Below, in pieces: positions 45,571-55,000 of a DNA stretch of 64,000 bases. The stretch comes from a virus (lineage: Duplodnaviria > Caudoviricetes): positions 1,489-65,488 of the IMG/VR virus record IMGVR_UViG_3300011339_000106. One strand, 5' to 3'. The notes under the pieces were generated by a model. It was given only the letters and a program-made list of their open reading frames with translations. It did not search any database and was not told where the DNA came from. The position numbers were made by a program, and so were the translations under genes. The first letter of the stretch is position 1, and every line of letters starts with the position of its first letter.

Positions 45571-47142
45571 TTGGAGATCATCGACAACCGCATACTGCTC
45601 TTCAACACACGCAACCCCCACCGCTACAGCATCATCCCCAAGCACAAGGTAATGCCCATTGAGGGTGGTTACCAAGTCGCTGTCTTCTGGGGGCTTGATG
45701 AGACCAGGGTGCTGCGCAACCTGGGGGTGAAGAACATCCCCTCCCCGATCCAGGGGAGGTATGAGTGGCCCGGACGCTACCGTCCGATGGACCACCAGCG
45801 AGACACCGCGTCCTTCCTCACGCTCAACCGGCGTGCGTTCGTGCTGTCTGAGCCGGGGACAGGCAAGACGCTATCAGCCCTGTGGGCGGCTGACTACCTG
45901 ATGAAGCGCGGAGAAGTCCGACGCTGCCTCATCCTGTGCCCCCTGTCGATCATGCACAGCGCGTGGATGCAGGACATCGGCAACTCCATCATTCACAGAA
46001 GCGCAGTGGTTGCCCACCATGCGCAGGCCGCACGCCGCATCGAGTTGATACAGGAGGACTACCAGTTCGTGATCACGAACTACGAAGGCCTGAACCTGAT
46101 TGCCGATGAGGTGAAGAACGATGGGCGCTTCGACCTCGTCATCGTGGACGAAGCCAACGCGTACAAGAACCCGCAGACCCGACGCTGGAAGGCGCTGAAC
46201 TCCATCATCAAGCCCGAGACCTATCTGTGGATGATGACGGGCACACCTGCGGCGCAGAGCCCTGTGGATGCGTATGGTCTCGCCAAGCTGGTCAACCCCA
46301 ACGGGGTGCCGAAGTTCTACACGGCGTGGCGCGATCAGGTGATGAACAAGATCACCATGTTCAAGTGGGCACCCAAGGCTGACGCAGCAGACAGGGTCTT
46401 CAGTGCACTGCAGCCCGCCATACGCTTCACCAAGGAGCAGTGCCTGGATCTGCCGCCTGTGCTCACGACCACACGCGAGGTGCCGCTCACCCCGCAGCAA
46501 GCCAAGTACTACAACCTGCTGCGCGACCAGATGGTGGCTATGGCTGCAGGCGAGACGATCACTGCGGTGAACGCAGCGGGCGTGCTCAACAAGCTCCTGC
46601 AGATCAGCACAGGCGTGTCCTACACGGACAACCAAGAGGTAGTGGAGTTCGATGCCACGCCTCGCCTGAATGTCTTGCTCGAAGCATTGGAGCAGACCGA
46701 GCGCAAGGTCATCGTGTTCGCGCTCTTCCGCGCCGCCATCAGCACCATCAGCGCCTTCCTTGCCAAGAACGGTGTGGCTTGCGAAGAGATTCACGGGGGC
46801 ATCACCGCCACCAAGCGCAGCGACATCATCAAGCGCTTCCAGACGCAGCCCAACCCGAGGGTGCTGGTCATGCAGCCGCAGGCCACAGCGCACGGCATCA
46901 CGCTGACGGCTGCTGACACGGTGATCTTCTACGGCCCGCTGATGAGCGTCGAGCAGTACGTGCAGTGCATCGCCCGTGCTGACCGCAAGGGCCAGGACTC
47001 CGACAAGGTCACGGTGATCCACATCGAGGGCTCACCCGTGGAGAAGCGCATGTTCAAGGCGCTGTCCAGCAAGGTGGATGACAACGCCATGCTGGTCAAA
47101 CTTTTTGAGGACGAAATCAAAGAAAGGGGGTTGCCTAAGTAG
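45571..47142 (+). CDS. SNF2-family (SF2) helicase
   Basis: EPGTGKT, IVDEAN, MMTGTP, HGITLT, Q..ARADRKGQ; TTG start. Confidence 0.92.
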   Translation: MEIIDNRILLFNTRNPHRYSIIPKHKVMPIEGGYQVAVFWGLDETRVLRNLGVKNIPSPIQGRYEWPGRYRPMDHQRDTASFLTLNRRAFVLSEPGTGKTLSALWAADYLMKRGEVRRCLILCPLSIMHSAWMQDIGNSIIHRSAVVAHHAQAARRIELIQEDYQFVITNYEGLNLIADEVKNDGRFDLVIVDEANAYKNPQTRRWKALNSIIKPETYLWMMTGTPAAQSPVDAYGLAKLVNPNGVPKFYTAWRDQVMNKITMFKWAPKADAADRVFSALQPAIRFTKEQCLDLPPVLTTTREVPLTPQQAKYYNLLRDQMVAMAAGETITAVNAAGVLNKLLQISTGVSYTDNQEVVEFDATPRLNVLLEALEQTERKVIVFALFRAAISTISAFLAKNGVACEEIHGGITATKRSDIIKRFQTQPNPRVLVMQPQATAHGITLTAADTVIFYGPLMSVEQYVQCIARADRKGQDSDKVTVIHIEGSPVEKRMFKALSSKVDDNAMLVKLFEDEIKERGLPK

Positions 47143-47159
47143 CTTTGACAATGTAAAGT
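47131..47159 (+). promoter_or_regulatory. Sigma70-like promoter
   Basis: TTGCCT-N17-TAAAGT, with TTTGACA at 47144-50 and 47161-67. Confidence 0.45.
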
Positions 47160-47191
47160 GTTTGACACTGTCCAACTAGAAAGGAGAAAGC

Positions 47192-47584
47192 ATGGAAGAC
47201 CAAGTGCCAGTAGACAAGCTCGTGCGTATCTACATGAAGATGCGTACGGCCATTCAAGACCTTGACGCCCAGATCGAGGCGATCAAGGAGCAGCAGCAAT
47301 CTGTCAAGAACGAGATCAAGGACCGGATGCGAGACACAGGGGTCAAGTCCCTGCGCACCGATCATGGCACCGTCTCTCTGATGGAGAAGACCCGGTTCTA
47401 CACCACAGACTGGGACAGCTTCAAGAAGTTCATGGTGGAACAGGACGCGCTCGACCTGCTGGAGAAGCGCATCTCCCAGTCCAACATGAAGCTCTTCTTG
47501 GAAGAGAACCCAGGGGCGGTGCCCCCTGGACTGAACTCTGACACCGAGTTCGACATTTCCGTTCGCAAGCCTTCAACCAAGTAA
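47192..47584 (+). CDS. Conserved coiled-coil replication-module protein (Gam/Gp157-like)
   Basis: DKLV..Y.K.R, S.RT.HGT, DWDSF..F......DLLEKRI.Q.N. Confidence 0.7.
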   Translation: MEDQVPVDKLVRIYMKMRTAIQDLDAQIEAIKEQQQSVKNEIKDRMRDTGVKSLRTDHGTVSLMEKTRFYTTDWDSFKKFMVEQDALDLLEKRISQSNMKLFLEENPGAVPPGLNSDTEFDISVRKPSTK

Positions 47585-47596
47585 GGAGTTACCTAC

Positions 47597-48559
47597 ATGA
47601 GCAATATCGCTTTGTTCAGCGGCTCTGCCGTTCCCGCGTTCGCCAAGAAGGGCGAACTGTCTGCCCTCGCCAAGTCCCTCGCTGGGGGTGGCGGTGGTGG
47701 CAAGCGCATCTCGATCAAGGGCGGTGTGTTCCGCCTGATGGTGGACGGCAAGGAAGTTGCCGCCATCGACGAGCGCTTCCTCGATGTGGTCATCGTCAAC
47801 GCTGCTCCCAAGATCGGGCGTACGTTCTACATGAAGTCCTACGACGGGGACGCACCGTCTGGCCCCGACTGCTGGAGCGCTGATGGCGAGAAGCCCGATG
47901 CGTCTGCCGCCAACCCCCAGGCTACCAACTGCGCCTCGTGCCCCCAGAACGTCAAGGGTTCTGGTCAGGGTGAGTCGCGTGCTTGCCGCTACAGCCAGCG
48001 TCTGGCAGTGGTGCTGGCGAACGATGTGGACGGTGACGTCATGCAGCTTCAGTTGCCTGCCACCAGCATCTTCGGCAAGGAGGAAGGTGAGAACCGCCCG
48101 CTGCAGGCATACGCCCGCTACCTCGCTGCGCAAGGCGTGTCGCCCGAGACGCTGGTCACGCGCATGAAGTTCGACACCAAGTCGGAAGCCCCCAAGCTGC
48201 ACTTCAAGCCGATGCGCTGGCTGAGCGAGGACGAGTACGCTTCGTCGGTGGAGCAGGGCCAGAGCGAGGATGCCAAGCGTGCCATCACCATGACGGTGGC
48301 GCAGACCGACAAGGTCGAGCCGCTGAAGCTGGAAGGCACCAAGACTGTTGCCAAGGTAGCAGCGCCTGCCCCCGCGCCTGCACCGGCTGAAGAAGAGGAA
48401 CCGCCCGCACCCGCCCCCAAGCGTGGTCGCCCGCCCAAGGCCAAGGCTGAAGAGGTGGTTGAGGAAGAGGTCGAGCCGACCGTGCGTAAGGAAGAGAAGC
48501 CTGCTCCTGCGGCAAAGTCCTCTCTTGCCAAGCTGGCCGCTGATTGGGATGATGAGTAA
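47597..48559 (+). CDS. Putative single-stranded DNA-binding protein
   Basis: RISIKGG.FR, LDVVIV, PDCWS.DG..P, C..CP.N.KGSG, ACR...RLAV; acidic C-terminal tail WDDE. Confidence 0.7.
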   Translation: MSNIALFSGSAVPAFAKKGELSALAKSLAGGGGGGKRISIKGGVFRLMVDGKEVAAIDERFLDVVIVNAAPKIGRTFYMKSYDGDAPSGPDCWSADGEKPDASAANPQATNCASCPQNVKGSGQGESRACRYSQRLAVVLANDVDGDVMQLQLPATSIFGKEEGENRPLQAYARYLAAQGVSPETLVTRMKFDTKSEAPKLHFKPMRWLSEDEYASSVEQGQSEDAKRAITMTVAQTDKVEPLKLEGTKTVAKVAAPAPAPAPAEEEEPPAPAPKRGRPPKAKAEEVVEEEVEPTVRKEEKPAPAAKSSLAKLAADWDDE

Positions 48560-48568
48560 AGGGTAATC

Positions 48569-48587
48569 GGGGGCTTCGGCCCCCTTT
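48569..48587 (+). terminator. Rho-independent terminator
   Basis: GGGGGC-TTCG-GCCCCC-TTT. Confidence 0.75.
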
Positions 48588-48594
48588 CAATGCC

Positions 48595-48873
48595 ATGACC
48601 TACTCCGTCAAAACTGTGCATGACGTAAAGAACGCTCCGAGGGGCCTGGGCAATACGCTCGGGCGTCTTGCTGTGAGTCTGGACTTCAGCGTCATGCGCC
48701 TAGCCAAAGCCACTGGAGCTTCCCGCCAAACCATCTACAACTGGATGCTGGGCGGCGAAGTGATGGGTGTTTATCAACCGCGTGTCGAGCGCATTGTCCA
48801 AATCCTGAAGGACGCACGCTCGGCTGACACTGCATGGGGACAGATGTGCAAGGAATTCAACCTTCAAGCCTGA
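48595..48873 (+). CDS. Cro/XRE-like HTH protein
   Basis: VMRLAKATGASRQTIYNWMLGG. Confidence 0.8.
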   Translation: MTYSVKTVHDVKNAPRGLGNTLGRLAVSLDFSVMRLAKATGASRQTIYNWMLGGEVMGVYQPRVERIVQILKDARSADTAWGQMCKEFNLQA

Positions 48874-48995
48874 CGCCAGAAGAACTGGTCCGGTATGCCT
48901 ACCTGAAGAACGACAACGGGCTACCTAAGGACTGGTGCGATGCGCTGATCAAGGCAATCGAGACGCTGCTCGACACAGCCGACGACCTCAAATAA
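48846..48995 (+). CDS. Small protein upstream of primase, not in ORF track
   Basis: (V/M)QGIQPSSLTPEELVRYAYL...LPKDWCDALIKAIE. Confidence 0.55.
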   Translation: MQGIQPSSLTPEELVRYAYLKNDNGLPKDWCDALIKAIETLLDTADDLK

Positions 48996-49008
48996 CCTCG
49001 GGAGCTTC

Positions 49009-51921
49009 ATGGAACCGCTTGAGTTTCTAGCGGCTGTGCTTCCGCCACCCGGTTTCGGGTACTACTGCGCAGCAGAACTGTCTTCCAAGAAGAAGCAGCA
49101 CGCCTTTGTCGAGAACCTAGAGGAGATTCAGAGAAATGCAGACCTGTGGCTGACCCAGAGCAAGGACGTTTACTTCGCGCTGGCTACGTTCGAGGAGGCG
49201 GGCAAGCGCACCGCTGACAACGCCGAGTACATGCGCTCCATGTTCATCGACATGGATGGCTACGCGACCAAGAAGGACGCGGCTGAAGCGCTTGGTGGCT
49301 TCCTTGAGTCCACTGGGCTGGATGATCTGGCTACGCCCTACATCGTTGCCTCAGGCGGCGGACTGCACTGCTACTGGGCGTTCACCAAGCCGGTGACGGT
49401 AGGCATCTGGAAGCCTGTGGCCGAAGCGTTCAAGCGTCTGTGCAAGCAGCGCTCGTTGGCTATCGACATGACAGTCACCGCCGACGCGGCCCGCGTGCTG
49501 CGGGTGCCAGGGACACGCAACTTCAAGAAGAAGTACGGCACCCCACGCCCAGTCAAGCTCATGACCGAGGGCACAGCGTGTTCGTTCGAGGACTTCGCTG
49601 AAGCCGTGGAGCGTGCGCTGGGGCCGACCAGTGTCACTTCTGCGCAGGCACCAATGCCTGCCGCAAAGCTCGACATCCCCGGTAAACGGATTGAAGCACC
49701 CGCAGCCAGCAGCGTCAAGCTTGTTGAGAACAGCGTCACCAAGTTCAAGCTGATCATGCAACGCACCGCTGCAGGCGATGGTTGCGCACAACTTGCGCAC
49801 TTCGTTGAGCACGCCGCTGATGAGGGCATGGAACCGCTGTGGCGTGGCTGGCTGTCCCAGGCCAAGCACTGTACGGACGGTGAGCGTGCTGCCATTTGGC
49901 TAAGTCAACTGCACCCCTACGAGCCTGAGCGCATGCAGACCAAGCTGCGCGAGATCAAGGGCCCGTACCCCTGCCTGAAGTTCGACAGTGAGAACCCCGG
50001 CATATGCGAAGGCTGCAAGCACTTCGGCAAGATCACCAACCCTCTGGCGCTCGGTCGAGAGATCCTCGCAGACAACACCGAGAAGCAGATTGAACTCACG
50101 CCCGTGGACCCGGAAGATCCCGAGGCACCACCGGTTACCGTCACGCGTCCTGTGCCTCCCAAGGGCTACTCCTACGGAGCCAAGGGCGGCGTGTTTGTCG
50201 AGCGTATGGTGGAGGAAGCTGACGGCACCAAGCGCAAGCAGCAGATCATGATCGTGCCCTACGATCTCTTCGTCGTAGACCTACTGAACAAGGACGGCGA
50301 GCACACCGTCCACATGGTGGCGAACCGCCCAGGCGCTCCCATCGATGTGCTGATGGCACAGCGCTACACGGTGTCCAAGGATGAGTGCCTGAAGACTCTG
50401 GCGCAGCAGAACATCATCGCTTCGTTCGGCGCTGGCAACGACAAGAACTTGTTCGAGTACGTACGCGCCTGCATCGAAGAGGCCAGCGTTACGAAGAAGG
50501 CCATCAAGATCCCAGGCCAGTACGGCTGGCAGGAAGACGGCACGTTCGTCTACAACGGCAAGGTCTACATGCAGGACGGCAGCACGCGCACAGTGCCGAT
50601 GCCAGACCTAGTCAACATCACGCGCATCACGCGGTCACAGGGCACGCTGGAGGAGTGGAGACGCTTCCCTCAGATGCTCATGCGCAAGAAGCTCTACGAC
50701 CTGATCGGCATCGCTTGCATCGGCTTCGGTGCGCCGCTGATGAAGTTCACACAGATGTCGGCGCTGACGTTCCACGGCGGGTCTACGGACTCAGGCACGG
50801 GCAAGTCGCTGGCGCTGAACCTCCTGAACTCGATCTGGGGCCATCCGATCCGCTACCGCACAGGCAAGTCCACATCGCCTGTGACCATGCAGCAGCGCAT
50901 GGGTAACCTGAACTCGCTGCCGTTTACATCGGACGAGATCACGCACAAGTCTCGGCACGACATCGAGTGGTTCCCAGGCTTCATCTTCGACGCCTCGGAA
51001 GGCCAGGGCAAAGAGAAGAGCGAGGCGCATCACAACCGTGAGCGCTTGAACCTTGTGTCGTGGGCTACGTTGGTCTTCCTGACCTCCAACACCCACATGC
51101 ACGACTACTTGTCGGGGGCACGGGAGCACACCTCACAGGGTGAGTTGCTGCGCATGCTGGAGTGGACGCCTGAGAACAAGCTGAACTGGACGCCGGAGGA
51201 GGAAGACCTCCTCAAGATCCCCATCAACAACCACGGCGTGGCGGGCGACAAGTACGTGCGCTGGCTGGTGCAGAACGCTGACGTTGCAGAGCGCCTGACC
51301 AAGGAATGCATCCGCCAGATCAAGGTCGAGTGGAACATGACAGGTGACGAGCGCTACTGGGCTGCAGGCTGCGGCTCGGTCATTGCCGGTGCCATCCTGG
51401 CGTCAAGCAAATATGCGGACATCATCGACCTGCCGGTGGACAAGGTCATCGAGTTCCTGAAGAACTTGGTGGAGAAGGCCCGCAAGGTGGTCAAGGCCGG
51501 CGGGCGCAGCGCTGAGGATGTGCTCAACGCCTTCACCCGTGAGCACTACGGCCAGTTCGTCGTGATCAAGCAGAGCAACGGCGCTCTGTTGGCTGCGCTC
51601 GGCAGCGGTCAGGAGATCGACCAGACGGTCACGCGCAGCAAGGTCATGGGCCGCGTGGAGCACGGCATCAACAAGAAGGGCCACGTTGAGTACTTCATCG
51701 AGGAGCAGGTGCTCAAGACGCACTGCGTGGCGCTGTCCTTCGGCTATGAAGCGTTCAAGAAGCAGATCCAGGCTACGCCTGGGTATGCGGTCGGCTTCGA
51801 GCGCAAGGACATGATGGCTAAGACCCGAGGCCCGCAGATGCGCGTGCGAACCATCTGCATCAGCAGGCCGGCTGAGGAAGACCCCCACGATGCTGCGGCA
51901 CTATCCGTGGGACAAAGTTGA
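49009..51921 (+). CDS. Primase-helicase (AEP primase plus DUF927-type helicase)
   Basis: DMDG, SGGGLHCYW, D.ARVLRVPGT.N.K; GTGKS Walker A, DEIT Walker B. Confidence 0.88.
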   Translation: MEPLEFLAAVLPPPGFGYYCAAELSSKKKQHAFVENLEEIQRNADLWLTQSKDVYFALATFEEAGKRTADNAEYMRSMFIDMDGYATKKDAAEALGGFLESTGLDDLATPYIVASGGGLHCYWAFTKPVTVGIWKPVAEAFKRLCKQRSLAIDMTVTADAARVLRVPGTRNFKKKYGTPRPVKLMTEGTACSFEDFAEAVERALGPTSVTSAQAPMPAAKLDIPGKRIEAPAASSVKLVENSVTKFKLIMQRTAAGDGCAQLAHFVEHAADEGMEPLWRGWLSQAKHCTDGERAAIWLSQLHPYEPERMQTKLREIKGPYPCLKFDSENPGICEGCKHFGKITNPLALGREILADNTEKQIELTPVDPEDPEAPPVTVTRPVPPKGYSYGAKGGVFVERMVEEADGTKRKQQIMIVPYDLFVVDLLNKDGEHTVHMVANRPGAPIDVLMAQRYTVSKDECLKTLAQQNIIASFGAGNDKNLFEYVRACIEEASVTKKAIKIPGQYGWQEDGTFVYNGKVYMQDGSTRTVPMPDLVNITRITRSQGTLEEWRRFPQMLMRKKLYDLIGIACIGFGAPLMKFTQMSALTFHGGSTDSGTGKSLALNLLNSIWGHPIRYRTGKSTSPVTMQQRMGNLNSLPFTSDEITHKSRHDIEWFPGFIFDASEGQGKEKSEAHHNRERLNLVSWATLVFLTSNTHMHDYLSGAREHTSQGELLRMLEWTPENKLNWTPEEEDLLKIPINNHGVAGDKYVRWLVQNADVAERLTKECIRQIKVEWNMTGDERYWAAGCGSVIAGAILASSKYADIIDLPVDKVIEFLKNLVEKARKVVKAGGRSAEDVLNAFTREHYGQFVVIKQSNGALLAALGSGQEIDQTVTRSKVMGRVEHGINKKGHVEYFIEEQVLKTHCVALSFGYEAFKKQIQATPGYAVGFERKDMMAKTRGPQMRVRTICISRPAEEDPHDAAALSVGQS

Positions 51922-52078
51922 GAAGGGGCAGGGGTTCTTTGTCCCTGCCCTGGATCTAGAAGCCGAACGAAGAGCGGGACTGCTGGCTGCAGTCCCGCAT
52001 CACCTCAAGGACGCCCGCGCCGCGTTCGTGATCAGGCGGGGGAAGCTTGGGGTGTTTTTCTATCGGCTACCGCCCTGA
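51890..52078 (+). CDS. Small protein of the 34874 family
   Basis: YPWDKVEKGQGFFVP...GKLGVFFYR. Confidence 0.65.
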   Translation: MLRHYPWDKVEKGQGFFVPALDLEAERRAGLLAAVPHHLKDARAAFVIRRGKLGVFFYRLPP

Positions 52079-55000
52079 CCGACTCAGCAAGCTTGATCTT
52101 CATCTGCCGCGCTTGGTCGAGCTTCTCGCGCTTCTGATCAGGCGTCAGGTTGGATGCACGGACACCGCGCTCGAACTCGGTGATCTGCCCCATGTACTCG
52201 CGGAAGCTTCCAGCCACAGATGCCAGCGCCATGTCGTCCATCCGCGCTGCGATGTACTTCTGGGCGTCAGCCGTACGCCCCTTGTTCATCAAGTCCTCGT
52301 AGGTCTCCTTGACCTGATTGACCTGCTTCATGCGCTCGTAGGTGGCGTCGATGATGCCGCTGGCATCCTTGGGCTGGAAGAGTGTGCCGATCACCGGCAT
52401 GTCAGACATGCGCTTGGTAGCCGACTCAGGGCCACTGGAGCCGAACGGAGCGCTAAGCGCCTGGAGCAGCGCCATGCCCATGCCGCCCGTGTAGCCACGG
52501 ATCAGGTACTCCAGCTTGACCGGCGAGAAGCCCGTGAGTTCGCCAACTTCCTTGGCAAGCGCTGTGGTGTTGTCGCGGTAACGGAACCCAGGCTCGACCA
52601 TCTGCTCCCGAGAAGACTCGATGCTTCGCCCGGTATAAAGAGAAGTACCCAGGATGGTTTCCAACGCAGGCTTCACGGCTTGCGGCAGGAAGTACGACGA
52701 TGCGCCTGGGATCATCTGCTGCACGATGTGCTTGCCAGCCTTCAGTGCTTCCTCGCCACCCTTGTCGTTGACGAGCGTGTTCACTATCGCCTCGGGCAGC
52801 GCCTTGAAGACATAACCCAACTCGAACGGGATGGGCAGACGCACCATCTGCTCGAAGCCCGGAACCTGCACGAACCAATTGCCGTACTTCTCTTCAGGCT
52901 TGGCGTTCTTGTAGGTCTCGTCGTCCTGCATCGCCAACGCGTAGGCCATGCTCATGCCGGCCAGCAGCAAGCCACGGGTCCAGAGCTTCTCGCGGATAGC
53001 CAAGCGCTCGTTCATCGGCATCTGACCTGCAAACGCCTTGTACAGAACGTCCAAGCCCTGGATCTGCGCGTTGAAGAACGGGATCAGCGTGCTGACCATG
53101 TGCAAGGTGGGCGACAGACCACGCGTGCTGAAGTTCATCGACTCCAGCGCCATGTACGTGGCTTCCATCTCGGACAAGCCTTGGTCTCGGTAGCTCTGAT
53201 ACTGTGCTTCACGAGTGAGCGCATCAGCCTGGGCCGACTTGGCCTCCAGCCATGCGAGCCCGCTGGTGACACTGACCTTGCCTGCTTGCATGTCCTTGAG
53301 CATGCGCGTGACATCCTCGGGCATGCCGGTGAACACCTGACCGCCTGTGATGCCTCGGGCACCGAGCGCCTTGGGCTTGCCGATCTGCTTGAGGGAGTCC
53401 AGTACCGGGACGAGGTTCGCGCCGCTGGTCATCGATGCCGCCAGCGAGTCACGGAACAACTGCCGCGCCATGTACACGGGAGACGCCACCACCGCACGCC
53501 GCAGGAACCGCGCAGGAATACCAAGGACGCGCACGAAGGACGGGAACATCGTCGGGATACCCGCCAGCCCCTTGACCAACAGATCACCATCAATGCCGAT
53601 CTTGTCTGTGTCCACCACCGCGTAGTAGTCCTCGCCGTCACGCTTGAACGTCACTGCGCCGTCAGGCGTCTTGCCGCTCTTGGGCACCTTGGACACAGTA
53701 GCCAGCCCAACGTCCTTCAACTCGAACATCGCGTTCTTGGTAGCGAGGTTCTTCATCGACATGTCGAGCAGCATCGCCGTGTTCTGCACGCTGCTGGTCA
53801 AGAAGTCGAAGATGGCCTCATCACCACCGACAAGCTCCTTGAGGTGCGGGCTGTCCTTCAGGTTGCCGATGCGGATGGGCGTCTCCTTGCCCACGATAAG
53901 CTGCGCCACGCCATCCTTGACGCGGTAGTACGGCACATAGTCGTTGGACGCCAGCAGCGCCTTGGCATCGGACCTAGCCAACGCACCAGTCTGAACAGCG
54001 AACTCGATCAGGTTGCGGTTGTATTGGTTGTAGATGTCCCGCGCTTCGCTGAACGCTTCACGCAGCGTGTCGTTGGCTTCGATCTCAGCGCGTGCTGCAT
54101 CCAAGTCAGCCTGCGTCACCTTGCCACCAAAGTTCAGTGCGTCGATACCTACGCGCTCGGCACGGATCGCAGCCAGATACAGCGTGAACAGACGGTTGGC
54201 AGCATCGGGACTACCAGCGGCCTTGACCACATCCTTGCCCTTGAGGATGTCTACGATCTGGCTGATGTTGGCTCCCGGCTTGGTCTCGATCAGACGCTCA
54301 GTGCCGCCGTCCTTGCGAGCCTTCTCCACGATCTCAGGCACACCATCAGAGATGGCTTGCGAGGTGAAGTGCATGCGCTGGTCATACATCCGCAGGTAGT
54401 ACATCGCCTGCAGCGCCTTCTTCTGGTCGATGCCGCCCTTCTTGAGCGCCTCTTCCAGCGGTGCCAGCTTGTCCACGAACTGGGCACGGAAGCCCATGCC
54501 AAGGAAGTTGTCCTTGAGGTTCTGGATGACGCCCTTCTCTTTGGCGATCAGGCTGTCAGCTACGCGGTTGGCGGTAGCCATGCCCGGAGCCTCACGGCGT
54601 GCGGACGGTGCCGGTGCTGCCTGGATAACCTGAGACGGCATGAACAGCTTGTAGGCGTTCTCCACAGCCTTCTCGGATGCAGACATGCGCGGCATGCCGA
54701 TGAGACGCATGAGCGCGTTGTAGATGCGCTTGAGCAGTCCGGGCTTCGTGTCCAGCTTGTCGCGGAACGCTTGGTTGGACATCAACTCAGAGACGAACTC
54801 CTTGACATCCGTACGCCCGTACTCGCGTGCAAACTCGGGCTGCTTCTGGATGGCCGCGTGGAGGTTCTCGATCTCTTGACGAGCAGCACGCTGCTCAGGC
54901 GTCAGCGTCTTGGGGTCAGCCTCCAGCACCCGCATGGTGGCCGCATGGGTCAACTCGTGCGTCAGCACTTCTTCGGACAACGCGTCACGGTGTAGCTGCA

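Noticed and set aside
48595-48873. Lysogeny repressor implying a temperate lifestyle
   Set aside because: Lone short HTH within the replication operon, with no integrase, partition genes or divergent cI/cro switch in the window
52047-54995. 982-aa plus-strand ORF, and other long antisense ORFs (10252, 20509, 23474, 45874, 57897)
   Set aside because: Antisense shadows of GC-rich genes: L/H/V/R-biased, no motifs, fully overlapping well-supported opposite-strand genes
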